From: a phage
Direction: 5' to 3' (one strand)
Sequence record: QB031380.1
DNA length: 44,130 bases
The notes beneath the pieces were generated by a model. It searched no databases. It was not told the DNA's origin and was given only the letters and a program-made list of their open reading frames with translations. Numbering within the stretch: the first letter of the stretch is position 1; every line of letters starts with the position of its first letter. Position numbers and translations under genes: made by a program. Shown here one piece after another: positions 27,598-37,091 of the stretch.

Positions 27598-28698
27598 TTA
27601 AGACGCGGTAGTCGCAGTCAGCGTAACCAGTACGCCCGCCGTTTCCTTGATGTGACGGGTAGGCACTGCCTGTGCGGCCTGGGTCTTACGACGGCCTTTA
27701 GTATCGCCATCACCCACCGCGCCAACATCTTGAACGGTTGCCGGTGCGTTGTCTACCTGGCCCTGGTCCAGTTCCCAGTTAGCTGAAGTGGTGATATCGT
27801 CCAGTTTGAACGAGCGAACGCCTTCGATTGGGGTGCGAGCGGACGCCTTCAGACGATAGCCTTTAACCGCCACGTTGAAGTCGAACTCGCCCTGCCACCA
27901 GCGCTCAATGTTCTCGTTACCACCTTTTTCCTGCGCCAGCATATCAAGGCCGTTGGTGGTAACTGCAACCGCGCCAGGGACCAGGCCCAGCATTTTACCC
28001 GCGCCCATTGCATCGGCAGCGGCATCGGAGATAATGAAACGGCGGCCCAGGCCATCGCCCATTACCTGCAGATCGCCGATCGCGAATACCTGCTCGGCAG
28101 ATGGAAGCGCCTGATAAGCGATGAAGTTTGCCCAGGTAACGCCATCCATAAACCAGGATTTAATTAAAGACGCCTGATCGCCAAACTTAGAAGCCGCCAG
28201 CGGGAAGTCTGCCAGGGTCGGGAAGGTACGACCGCCAACGCCATCGACGCGAGCAGGTTGGGTGTAGTTTGCCGCTGAGTTGCTTTCGATAGCCGCTTTA
28301 CCCGCGCCGATACCCGCTTTCAGATAGTGCAGCATAATCGCTTGAGTGGCCTGTGCCGCAATCTCAGCCGCAACGCTGTTAACGTTGGTTTCGATCTTGG
28401 CCATCATGGCCTTAGTGATTGCTACCGGACCAACTTTAGCGGAAAGGTTAACCGAGTTGGTCAGCATACGCGCCAGCACTTTTGCGGTCGCGGGAGTACC
28501 GACAGGGGCGTAGGCGTTACGGTCGGTAACGAGGTTGGCGATCAAGCCTACGGACATTTTTTCTACAACGTCCTTCAGCACTTCACCCGTGCCGAGAACA
28601 ACAGCTCCGTTAGCGGCGGCGTTGAACACGTTCAGGTTGTCGGGGATCATTTGCGTAACCGCGGTGACGAGTTTACGCTGGAACACTGTTAAAGACAT
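27598..28698 (-). CDS. major capsid protein
   Basis: 366 aa, downstream of scaffold and upstream of connector genes. Confidence 0.7.
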   Translation of the reverse strand: MSLTVFQRKLVTAVTQMIPDNLNVFNAAANGAVVLGTGEVLKDVVEKMSVGLIANLVTDRNAYAPVGTPATAKVLARMLTNSVNLSAKVGPVAITKAMMAKIETNVNSVAAEIAAQATQAIMLHYLKAGIGAGKAAIESNSAANYTQPARVDGVGGRTFPTLADFPLAASKFGDQASLIKSWFMDGVTWANFIAYQALPSAEQVFAIGDLQVMGDGLGRRFIISDAAADAMGAGKMLGLVPGAVAVTTNGLDMLAQEKGGNENIERWWQGEFDFNVAVKGYRLKASARTPIEGVRSFKLDDITTSANWELDQGQVDNAPATVQDVGAVGDGDTKGRRKTQAAQAVPTRHIKETAGVLVTLTATTAS

Positions 28699-28765
28699 AT
28701 TAGAATCCTTTGAGTTGTGAGCATTCGCTCAGTGTCGTTAATGTTACCTTAGATTTACGCGCTCG

Positions 28766-28790
28766 CAAAATCGCCCGCTTTCGCGGGCGA
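28766..28790 (-). terminator. hairpin (possible attenuator) between scaffold and capsid genes
   Basis: CGCCCGC-gaaa-GCGGGCG stem-loop followed by ATTTTG on the minus strand. Confidence 0.3.
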
Positions 28791-28795
28791 TCTGC

Positions 28796-29548
28796 TTACT
28801 CGTCGTCGCCCATTTTAGCGATGATATCCCCTGCCTGTTTCGTCAAGTCAGTGATACCGAAGCTGTGGCCCATAGTGATTTTCGACTTCACGTCTTCTAC
28901 GACCTGCGTCGGTTTGCTCGGCGCACCACCGGCGGGCGTGCCCGCCAGGACAGATGCAAAATCTGCGTTACTACGGAACTCTTTTTCAAGCTCTTCCATA
29001 GTCAGCGCGGACGGTTTGCCATCCTGCAAGACACGCACTTTCAAGCTGCCGTCTTCGCCGTCTTCCAGCGTGAGGCGGTCCATAACGTGACGTTGCATGA
29101 TGCCGGCATTCTTACCGAACAGCTTCGACGCCAGATCTTTGGCGGCGCTGCCGATGGTCAGGTCGTGGATCTGCTTGCGATAGGCTTCGATTTTCCCCGA
29201 TGTATCCGCTTCATGTTTTGCGAACTTATCTTTCCAGGACTTATCGATCGCTTCGAGGTCGCCATTTTTGCGCGCGGCGGCTTCCTCTTTCTCTTTCGCA
29301 AGTCGCTCAGCTTCGGCGCGGCGTTCGGCTTCTGCTTTCTTCTCGCTCACTAGCTTCGCGTTGTTGTCTTTCAGACCCTTGATCTCCGCCTGTACTTCTT
29401 CGGCGGTCATGAACGTGGATTTATACCCATCGCCATCGGCAACAAATAAAGCCTTCATGCCTTCCGGCAACGCGTCATATTCTGCTTTAGTAAGTTTCAT
29501 GCTATCCCCCTGGGATTGTGGCAAAGCGGGCCACCCGCTTGACTTCAC
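28796..29548 (-). CDS. scaffolding protein
   Basis: Charged, coiled-coil-like sequence directly upstream of the capsid gene; likely start MKLTKAEYD. Confidence 0.55.
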   Translation of the reverse strand: MKSSGWPALPQSQGDSMKLTKAEYDALPEGMKALFVADGDGYKSTFMTAEEVQAEIKGLKDNNAKLVSEKKAEAERRAEAERLAKEKEEAAARKNGDLEAIDKSWKDKFAKHEADTSGKIEAYRKQIHDLTIGSAAKDLASKLFGKNAGIMQRHVMDRLTLEDGEDGSLKVRVLQDGKPSALTMEELEKEFRSNADFASVLAGTPAGGAPSKPTQVVEDVKSKITMGHSFGITDLTKQAGDIIAKMGDDE

Positions 29549-29589
29549 GCCTTAATATTATCAGCGATAAAAATAATCGCAAAATTCGC

Positions 29590-29619
29590 TTGCACTGCGG
29601 GAATTGGTTGCGCTATATT
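29590..29619 (+). promoter_or_regulatory. sigma70-like promoter TTGCAC-N18-TATATT with GGTTGC elements
   Basis: Hexamers read directly; ATTGGTTGCGC in the spacer and GGTTGCAC just after the -10. Confidence 0.45.
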
Positions 29620-29648
29620 GGTTGCACACCAACAACGAGGACACAAAA

Positions 29649-30413
29649 ATGAGACTGACGAAAGATATTAAAAATCAGATTCTGGCTAACATCCTGCGCG
29701 ACCACGAAATCGCTACCGAAGCCAAACAAATCATGATGGACTCACGCGATCTGGCGTACGCAATCACGCTGGACTGTATGCCGGAAGGCATTCGCACGTT
29801 CGCAGCGCTCCGCGAGCGTATCGAGGCAATCAGCGATGACCCGTCGCAGATGTACGGCGTCAGCGTTTACACCAACAAGGCGACGTATAGTTATAACACC
29901 GACCGTCCGAAGGGCATCGGCAGCGTCTATAACGCCACCTTTGAAATCAACGCAGGTGGCAATGTTCGCACCTTGTCATTGAGCGGCGACGGTCGCCAAC
30001 ACCGCATACATCGCGGGTACTGGGAAGAGAAATATATGAATAAGCTATCCCCCGATCTCGGCGATATCGTTCCAGGGTTCGAGTCAGTTATGCTCGCGTC
30101 AGTGTGTGAAGTGGACGAGGACGGGAAAGCGTTGCCGATATATCTTCCACGCGGTCGCGTAGACTACCCGGAAGATCATGATTTCTGTAAGCGCCTGGAC
30201 CGCAACGACAAGGCCCGTCGCGAGTTGCGCGCGAAGTATGATGCGTTCAAACTCACCGTTACCGGTGTGCTGGACCTGCACAACACTGACAAGAAGCTGA
30301 TTAAGGCATGGCCTGAAGTTGAGCAATTCATCCCATACCCGGACAAGCCAAAATCCACGGCGGTGGCGCTGGATGTGAAAACGCTCAACGAGATTTGCGG
30401 CATTCCGCGCTAA
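29649..30413 (+). CDS. hypothetical protein on the opposite strand within the head operon, with own promoter and terminator
   Basis: ATG with GAGGA RBS; about 254 aa; flanked by a promoter and a terminator. Confidence 0.55.
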   Translation: MRLTKDIKNQILANILRDHEIATEAKQIMMDSRDLAYAITLDCMPEGIRTFAALRERIEAISDDPSQMYGVSVYTNKATYSYNTDRPKGIGSVYNATFEINAGGNVRTLSLSGDGRQHRIHRGYWEEKYMNKLSPDLGDIVPGFESVMLASVCEVDEDGKALPIYLPRGRVDYPEDHDFCKRLDRNDKARRELRAKYDAFKLTVTGVLDLHNTDKKLIKAWPEVEQFIPYPDKPKSTAVALDVKTLNEICGIPR

Positions 30414-30414
30414 C

Positions 30415-30445
30415 GAAAAAGGGGCCATTACGGCCCCTTAATTAT
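30415..30445. terminator. bidirectional terminator
   Basis: AAAAA-GGGGCCattacGGCCCC-TTAATTATTT; the Rz1 stop codon lies within the hairpin. Confidence 0.6.
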
Positions 30446-30658
30446 TTGCTGCAACTCCAACACCTGCGCCCTCAGCTTCGCGCCGCATTCCATATTTTTC
30501 ACGTCAATCATCAAATCTTCGTCGGGGTCCGCAGACGGGTTATCGAACTTGCACGGCGGTCGCAGCGCCGACTCCGTTAGCGGCATCAACGGCACGTTGC
30601 TTGATCCGCACGCGCTCAGCATCAAAACTACAATCAGGGCGGTTAGGGCGCGTAACAT
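30428..30658 (-). CDS. outer-membrane spanin lipoprotein (Rz1-like)
   Basis: Signal peptide plus lipobox LSACG, Pro-rich mature part; AAGAGG RBS inside the Rz-like gene; starts in another frame within it. Confidence 0.6.
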   Translation of the reverse strand: MLRALTALIVVLMLSACGSSNVPLMPLTESALRPPCKFDNPSADPDEDLMIDVKNMECGAKLRAQVLELQQIIKGP

Positions 30659-30899
30659 ATTTTACAACCTCTTTCGTGATAGTCCGGTATTCTACGTCGC
30701 GGGCTTGTTCGGCCTGCACGGAGCGCTCAACAACTTTAGTTTGCTGCCGTTGGGCTTTGGCTTGCGCTTCTTGCGCCGCCTCCGCCACTACGCCAGCGCG
30801 ATAGGAGTCACCTAGCCAGAATCCTACCGCCAGACCGATAACCAGTCCAATAGCCGCATACTTAATCACGCCATAACCCCCGGTTTTTAAGCTGTGCAA
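30540..30899 (-). CDS. inner-membrane spanin (Rz-like)
   Basis: N-terminal transmembrane segment, charged coiled-coil periplasmic part; overlaps the Rz1-like ORF; start may be GTG 30869. Confidence 0.5.
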   Translation of the reverse strand: MHSLKTGGYGVIKYAAIGLVIGLAVGFWLGDSYRAGVVAEAAQEAQAKAQRQQTKVVERSVQAEQARDVEYRTITKEVVKYVTRPNRPDCSFDAERVRIKQRAVDAANGVGAATAVQVR

Positions 30900-31965
30900 T
30901 AGTCATCAGTTCGCCAGAATCGGTGAACATCTTCGGCACTTTCACGCCGCGCATAATCTGGTCGGCGCGTTGCACTCCATATAATTCTTCCAGGATATGG
31001 CGCGGCTGGCGCTGCACCCACGAGAAGAAATCAGTCTGCGCGTCAACCTGCTCACTCAGCAATCTGCCCGCGTCAGACTTCAGTGCCGGACGCTTACCAC
31101 TGGGCCAATCTTCCATGCCTTTAACCTTCCACGTCTCCGTAGACCGGCAACAATAATGCAACTTGCCCGGACCAGCGCCATATTGTGACCCAGCCACCAT
31201 TTTCCCGCCGCGCTTTCCTTTGGTGTCGGGAGTAACATCAACCGGATAAAACAGGCGATCGCGTAGCTGGCACATGGGAGAAGTATGCGTGTCCAATGTA
31301 GATAACCATTGGCGACCTTCGAGAATATCGTCATTTGCTTTTACCATTAGTTCGCGGGCGGTAGCCGCATAGTGGTTGACTGCGGACTTAACAACGCTCG
31401 AGATAGCTTGCGCACTACGACCACCTAGCGCGCGCCTCACGTCCGCGATAATTTCCATCGTTGGCTTGCCCTGGATGAATCCCGCTCGCACCTGATTACC
31501 GATCTGCGTCCTGGTCCACTCAGAAAGTGAGTCAGGCCATTGCATCATCGTATTACCTTGGAACGGGTTTTTCATAGCCGTCGCTGCGATCTGCGCACCG
31601 GTCACTACGCCAACCACCTCAACCGCAGGTACGGCGACCACCGGCTGGATCGCTGCCGTTAATGTGTCGGCGAGATAATCGGCCTCGGTGTCGGCAAACT
31701 CCTGAAGGCTTTCAGCCAACGCCTTAAACTCGGTGCGCAATTCCGTCTTAACGGTCTTGTCGACTTGCGTTAGCAGGGTGGAAAGTGCCTTGTTATTCAT
31801 TGACGATTTACCATCAAGCAACTCAGTCAGCTTTCCCAGTAATGTAGGCCGGAACTTCTCCCACATGGACAGCACCCTTCGCGCCTGGTCATTACTCAGG
31901 CGCTGGGTGAAGATGTGTCGGCGAATCATTCGATCCGCCATATATTGATTAATTGTCTTCGCCAT
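30862..31965 (-). CDS. minor head / head morphogenesis protein (Mu F-like)
   Basis: WLSTLDTHTSPMCQLRDRLFY matches the conserved LD..TS..C motif; downstream of portal. Confidence 0.75.
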   Translation of the reverse strand: MAKTINQYMADRMIRRHIFTQRLSNDQARRVLSMWEKFRPTLLGKLTELLDGKSSMNNKALSTLLTQVDKTVKTELRTEFKALAESLQEFADTEADYLADTLTAAIQPVVAVPAVEVVGVVTGAQIAATAMKNPFQGNTMMQWPDSLSEWTRTQIGNQVRAGFIQGKPTMEIIADVRRALGGRSAQAISSVVKSAVNHYAATARELMVKANDDILEGRQWLSTLDTHTSPMCQLRDRLFYPVDVTPDTKGKRGGKMVAGSQYGAGPGKLHYCCRSTETWKVKGMEDWPSGKRPALKSDAGRLLSEQVDAQTDFFSWVQRQPRHILEELYGVQRADQIMRGVKVPKMFTDSGELMTIAQLKNRGLWRD

Positions 31966-33469
31966 TGTCCGCTACCTTGTCCTGGTCTTCTTCGGTAGAT
32001 TCTACCGCATCCGGGGACATTTGAGGCAATGGATTCTGATTTCGCAATTCGTCTTCCACCTGCTCAACGGTTTGCGAGTCATCAATGACGCCCTGGGCCA
32101 TCATCCACTTAATAAAGTCCGCCAGACGGACCGTACCGGTCTGCACACCCGCCATCATTGCGGTCATAAGCTGTGCGTCAACCGTGATTTCGGTGTAGAA
32201 CTTATTCAGCGTTACGCGTTGATCTGCGGTGTCGCCAGTGAACAGCTTGACGATTTGCAGCGCACGGTTGAAAGCCTTCTCAACATTACCGGCAATCAGT
32301 GACAGGATACTGTTATCAGTCTGCGCATCGTAGGCCGCTTCAGTTGCCGTCTTAGGTGCGGTCCCCTTTTCGACCAGGGCCGCGCCTAGTTTAGCCATTT
32401 GCAATTCTCGGCGTTCACACAGTGCTACCGATAGGTTTCGTTCTTCGGCCTGAAGCAGTTTAGCGTCCATGTTCTGGCCCAGGATAACGCCCTTAGTCGC
32501 CCCGAGCGCGATGCCGCCCTTCAGGTTTTTATCCGCCCATGATTGGGTCAGACCGGTCGTAATGAGTGTAGGCTGGCCCACGATGTGTGCAATCTCTGCG
32601 ACGTCGGCTTCGGCGTTGTAGTGCTTAATGTTGATGGACGCGATATCCGCCAGCGGGGCGGCGTCCGGTGTCGCGTTGTTATCAACCGCGCCACACCAAC
32701 AGAAAGGCAGTTGCGTAAGCGCGTTACCGGCAGCATCCACCAGTGGTACAAGGTCGGTGCGGGTGAATCCCCGCGGCAAGTCCATTTGCACCTCGGACGT
32801 GTCCGCGTTGAAAAACCAGCGGCGGGCGTGTGCCGCACCGTTAATCATGCGAAGCTCAGTCCAGATCGTTACTTCGTGGTTTGCGAAGTCGTCCGGGTCT
32901 TCGGTGCTGATTTCGTCCGTCTCCTTCAGCACGATTAGCGTGTCGACGCCGTGGGTCTGCCGCCAGTTGATGATCTGTTCAGCCGTATACAGGCGGATAA
33001 GCGGGCGGTGTGTCGCCATTTCAGCGGCTGTCTGCGGCACTACGTTACCCAGTTCATCAAAGTTAGCCTGGCGGTCGTAGTCCACCATAAAGCCAGCGCG
33101 GCCCGATTGCAGCACTTCCGACATAGCGCCGCGCAGGAGTTGCGCCAGCGGCATCCCGCTGCCGTCTACGTCATCGATCAGGTCAGCCATTGCCCCGGAA
33201 AGGTCCATACTCACCGGTTTGGCGAAGGCGACACCTAACAGCGCGTTAAGCGTGCGTGCGGTGGCGTTCAGGAAGACAGCACGTTGCTTGTATGCCTTAT
33301 AGCGCGCACGCGATTTCGGGTCGGTGGTGTCGCCGCTGGCTGGGTGTGGCAGGTACAATGGCCCGCACGCCTTCACGGCGCGCTCCCCTGCTACACAATC
33401 TCGAATCATTTTCCACTCTGGCGCGATGCGCGCATAGAGCGGGTGCTGGTTGTCAACGTTAACGGTCAT
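31949..33469 (-). CDS. portal protein
   Basis: 506 aa between terminase large subunit and the Mu F-like gene. Confidence 0.7.
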   Translation of the reverse strand: MTVNVDNQHPLYARIAPEWKMIRDCVAGERAVKACGPLYLPHPASGDTTDPKSRARYKAYKQRAVFLNATARTLNALLGVAFAKPVSMDLSGAMADLIDDVDGSGMPLAQLLRGAMSEVLQSGRAGFMVDYDRQANFDELGNVVPQTAAEMATHRPLIRLYTAEQIINWRQTHGVDTLIVLKETDEISTEDPDDFANHEVTIWTELRMINGAAHARRWFFNADTSEVQMDLPRGFTRTDLVPLVDAAGNALTQLPFCWCGAVDNNATPDAAPLADIASINIKHYNAEADVAEIAHIVGQPTLITTGLTQSWADKNLKGGIALGATKGVILGQNMDAKLLQAEERNLSVALCERRELQMAKLGAALVEKGTAPKTATEAAYDAQTDNSILSLIAGNVEKAFNRALQIVKLFTGDTADQRVTLNKFYTEITVDAQLMTAMMAGVQTGTVRLADFIKWMMAQGVIDDSQTVEQVEDELRNQNPLPQMSPDAVESTEEDQDKVADNGEDN

Positions 33470-33480
33470 GGTCGGTTTCC

Positions 33481-34866
33481 TTAGTAGAAGTCTACGTTTG
33501 GAACAACGGCGATCGGACGAATCACAGGGAACAAGTGCGCAATAGGGTAGCCCGCTGCGTCATTCATGTGGTCCACACCGGCAGTTTTATCCGGCTCGCC
33601 TTTCTTCAGGTCGTACACCTGCTGTTCCAGACATTTCGCTAGTGTAGGGCATTTATCCAGGTTGACAAAATACTGGCGCACGCCCTTCGAGTTGCGCATC
33701 ATCGTATTCATCGCGATCAATCGGTCTTTAACAGGTGGGTTAACGCTGTCATATTCCACCTCAAAGCCTGCGTCTTCCAGTTGCGCGATATCGGACGACG
33801 ATGCGTTGACCGTTTTGCGGGATTTGCCGCTGCTATCAGGGTAAACTACGACCTTACCGGCGGCACAATGTTCCGGGTAGCGCTCCTCGATCGCCTCAAT
33901 CATAGCCGGGGTATCAAACAGGTCCACAAATTCGTCCACCGCGTGAATCTCGTCGCGGAACTCCTTGTTCTCGGTGACTCGCTGCCGTCTGACGTACACA
34001 ACCGCCGCCATTTTCGTGACGTTAAAATCCATACCGATAATCAGCGTGTCTTCCGGCTGCACTTCTTCGGTGCTTGCGTTCTCCTCACGGTTAAACATCT
34101 TGTATACCGCGCCCGACGTAAGGTTGACAAACAGGCCGTTCAGGTACGCGTCGATCAGGTTAGCTGGGTACTGACTACGCAGCGTGTCGATAAAGTCTGC
34201 CGGTAAATGGTGGTTGTCCGTGGTCTTCGCCCGGATCAAGCGTTTCTGGTTGTCTTTCTCCACCTCGAAAATTTGGTACATCGCCCGGTAGCCTTCCGGG
34301 GTGGACACGATGACGAACTGGCGGACAAAGCCAGCACGCAGACGACCGAGCAATTTGTGATATGCCGCCATTGCGACGTCTTGCTTCGTGGTGTCGAACT
34401 CGTCGGCAACAATCCACGCGGCGTTAACCCCGATTAGGCGGGTGTAGTTCTCCATTGATTCACAGATAACGCGGGTCCATTTGCCTTTCACCAGCACGTT
34501 ATAGATCTTGTCCTGCTTATTGAACTTCCACCGGAATCCAGCCTCATCAAACGCCTTTTCCAATTCCGGGTACATGATTTTAACCAGGAGGGGAATAGTC
34601 GGTTCTGTAACGATGCCGTCGTGACCGGGGTTCAGGGTTAAAAGCTGGATGACCTTACGCGCAGCGACCCACGACTTTCCACCACCGAAGCCGGAACACA
34701 GGCCGAGGATTTTAGTCTTCGTGTCACGCAGTAGTTCGACCTGGTGCGGAAGGCAATCAGGCTGGTAAAGGCGGACGGCCTGCGCAACGCGTGTTGGGCG
34801 CGGTGGTCGGTTGCGCTTTGCGATCGCGCGTTCCAGTGCGCGGTGTTCTGCCGCATAGTTACGCAT
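33481..34866 (-). CDS. terminase large subunit
   Basis: Walker A GFGGGKS, Walker B IVADEFD, C-terminal nuclease-like acidic motifs. Confidence 0.85.
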   Translation of the reverse strand: MRNYAAEHRALERAIAKRNRPPRPTRVAQAVRLYQPDCLPHQVELLRDTKTKILGLCSGFGGGKSWVAARKVIQLLTLNPGHDGIVTEPTIPLLVKIMYPELEKAFDEAGFRWKFNKQDKIYNVLVKGKWTRVICESMENYTRLIGVNAAWIVADEFDTTKQDVAMAAYHKLLGRLRAGFVRQFVIVSTPEGYRAMYQIFEVEKDNQKRLIRAKTTDNHHLPADFIDTLRSQYPANLIDAYLNGLFVNLTSGAVYKMFNREENASTEEVQPEDTLIIGMDFNVTKMAAVVYVRRQRVTENKEFRDEIHAVDEFVDLFDTPAMIEAIEERYPEHCAAGKVVVYPDSSGKSRKTVNASSSDIAQLEDAGFEVEYDSVNPPVKDRLIAMNTMMRNSKGVRQYFVNLDKCPTLAKCLEQQVYDLKKGEPDKTAGVDHMNDAAGYPIAHLFPVIRPIAVVPNVDFY

Positions 34867-35516
34867 TAATCACCCTGACCTTTGCCGGTGGGTTCCACAA
34901 CGACGTCGCCGTTATCATCTTCGTCGTCATCCAGCGGTACATCGTCGCGGACGCCGTGGTTTGCTTTAAGCAGGAATGTAGCGAAGCCCGCCGCGATGGT
35001 CACGCCGCCAGCTTCCATCAGGAAAGTTTTCTGCAACTCCATAGCATCCGCCATCGCCTCGGCGAACTCCTCATGTGCACGCGCCCAGCGATACAGGCAA
35101 GCTACGCCCACACCGATTTCCGCGGCAAATCGACCGAAGGTTGGCATTTTGTTGCGGGGGATTACTTGCGCAGCGCCTTTATCGGAGTAGTTGACCTGCC
35201 AGGCGTCGGCGTCGGCAAAATAGCGGCGAAGCTGGTCGCAGTAAACGGATCGGTAGTCAGTAGGGCGTCCACATTTGCCGCCTTTACGGCGCTTTCCGTA
35301 CTCGATTTCAGGTCCGAGATTGGTGTGCTCGGTTTGCTCGCCTGGTTTACGGCGCGGGGTTACCGCCACTCGTCCGTCCAGTTTGGCGCGTCGGCCCTTA
35401 ACTTTGATTTCTGCCATGATATAAGCCCTTTTGTTCATATGCGCCGACCATCGGCAACATAGGAGACGGCCCTGCCATCTAAGGGGGATTATAACAGGCA
35501 CAAAAAAGCCCACCAA
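34866..35516 (-). CDS. terminase small subunit
   Basis: Directly upstream of and overlapping the large subunit; likely true start at MAEIKVKG. Confidence 0.55.
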   Translation of the reverse strand: MVGFFVPVIIPLRWQGRLLCCRWSAHMNKRAYIMAEIKVKGRRAKLDGRVAVTPRRKPGEQTEHTNLGPEIEYGKRRKGGKCGRPTDYRSVYCDQLRRYFADADAWQVNYSDKGAAQVIPRNKMPTFGRFAAEIGVGVACLYRWARAHEEFAEAMADAMELQKTFLMEAGGVTIAAGFATFLLKANHGVRDDVPLDDDEDDNGDVVVEPTGKGQGD

Positions 35517-35534
35517 ATCGGCAGGCTGGGAGGA

Positions 35535-35747
35535 TTAAACGGCGCGACCGTAGTATCGGGTTAACATGCTTTCTACTTCGCGTATGGCGCCTTCTGTGTA
35601 GCGTATTTGAGATAGTATCTCGATCCGCTCACTGATAGACATGCCTATTGCCGCTGCCGTTCGTTCGAATCGGCGCAAGCCTTCGAGTTGTTTGCGTAGC
35701 TCTTTCAGGCGGGTGGCCTGCGTGCTCATGAATACTTGTCTGATCAT
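35535..35747 (-). CDS. hypothetical protein
   Basis: 70 aa ORF between the phosphoesterase and small terminase genes. Confidence 0.4.
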   Translation of the reverse strand: MIRQVFMSTQATRLKELRKQLEGLRRFERTAAAIGMSISERIEILSQIRYTEGAIREVESMLTRYYGRAV

Positions 35748-36886
35748 TTCAACATTTCCGGGCTAATGGTTAAGCGCGCTACTTCGCCGTAGTTGGCGCT
35801 GTAGGTAATGACGTTGGCACTGCGACCGCTCATCCAGCCGCCGCGGCTGGCGTAGGCGTCTTTCGCTGCGAGCGTCCGGTGCTGTTCAACAATCATGTTG
35901 CGAGACTCGACAATCTTCTGGTGGTGCAAATGACCTACGTGCGCGTAGCTGTATTCGCTCGACCCGAACGCCTGTCTGAATTTAGCGATCATAACCTGCT
36001 CGATAGCATCGAATCGCGCTTTGTGCCCGTGGTGGAAAAACAGCGTGGTCTTACCGTGCTGCACCATTTTGTAGACGTCCGGGGACGTATCCACATCGAC
36101 GCGCGGCTCGTTCTCGTACAGCGTGTTGAACATCTCAGCAAGCCAAATCATGCCCGACTCGTCATGATTACCCTGGACGATTAGCAGTTTGACTTTATGG
36201 TGTTTTTGCAGCGCCAGGTCTACGACGTTGCGCACCATGCGTATCATATAGCGGACCAACTTCTGGTATCGAGTGTCGGCATCCAGTACGTGACCGCTGG
36301 CTGGTGTGACGGCATCAAGGCTATCAAAGTGCGCCATATCGCCGAGGATATTGATAACGGCAGTGCCTGCGTCCGGTGCGCGTGCGAAGGCTTCGACAAA
36401 CCAGCGGTAGAACAGGTCTTCGGCGATCGCCATATCCCAGTCTTCGCCAGTCTCCTCACCCCATGCCAGCATACCCAAGTGGAAGTCGGACACCGTGTAC
36501 AGGTTGAGCAAGTCGAGCGCCTGGATCGGGACTGGCGGGGCGTTTACTGGCGCTGCCGGTGTAATTTCGCTGTTCATACCCTCGACAACAGCGCGCATTG
36601 CTTCGAGTTGGCGCTCCTTGTCCTGCTCAGTGATGACCCACGACATGACCTCCTCGCCATTGCCGCGCACCAGGGCAGACACGCGCTTAACCCCAAACCC
36701 ATCTGCAACGCGCTTACGGATCACTGCATCATTGCCGTGACCAATCCCCTTTTTCGACAGGCGGGCTTTGCGCATATAGACATTGCGCAGGGCAATCCCG
36801 TATTTCTTCGCAATCTCTTTAACCGTAGTCCCTGCCTGAATTTCTGCGATCAATTGCTCATCGGTGATTTTAGTTTGCGGGTGCAT
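35744..36886 (-). CDS. calcineurin-like metallophosphoesterase with N-terminal HTH-like domain
   Basis: GDMAHFD, GNHDE and HHGH motifs; N-terminal TVKEIAKKYGIALRNVYMRKARL. Confidence 0.55.
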   Translation of the reverse strand: MHPQTKITDEQLIAEIQAGTTVKEIAKKYGIALRNVYMRKARLSKKGIGHGNDAVIRKRVADGFGVKRVSALVRGNGEEVMSWVITEQDKERQLEAMRAVVEGMNSEITPAAPVNAPPVPIQALDLLNLYTVSDFHLGMLAWGEETGEDWDMAIAEDLFYRWFVEAFARAPDAGTAVINILGDMAHFDSLDAVTPASGHVLDADTRYQKLVRYMIRMVRNVVDLALQKHHKVKLLIVQGNHDESGMIWLAEMFNTLYENEPRVDVDTSPDVYKMVQHGKTTLFFHHGHKARFDAIEQVMIAKFRQAFGSSEYSYAHVGHLHHQKIVESRNMIVEQHRTLAAKDAYASRGGWMSGRSANVITYSANYGEVARLTISPEMLK

Positions 36887-36947
36887 ATTTAATTAATTCC
36901 TGATTAGTGGACCGTGGACAATATACCACGGTCCATATGGTGGCGGG

Positions 36948-37028
36948 CTATATCAATTCGCAAATAACCATGCCGATGAAAGCCGCGGTGGTCCAGATTG
37001 CTAATACCCAAATATCGTTACGTGTCAT
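36948..37028 (-). CDS. putative 26 aa hydrophobic peptide
   Basis: ATG preceded by AAGAGGAG RBS; peptide MTRNDIWVLAIWTTAAFIGMVICELI. Confidence 0.25.
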   Translation of the reverse strand: MTRNDIWVLAIWTTAAFIGMVICELI

Positions 37029-37091
37029 CTTGATTACTCCTCTTATTGGTTGGTTGCAGTATGGCCCCTATGTTGGTTGCAAGTCAAGCAA

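Noticed and set aside
34791-35462. Plus-strand ORF of 223 aa antisense to the small terminase gene
   Set aside because: Antisense to a gene with terminase small-subunit character and correct synteny; no start context.
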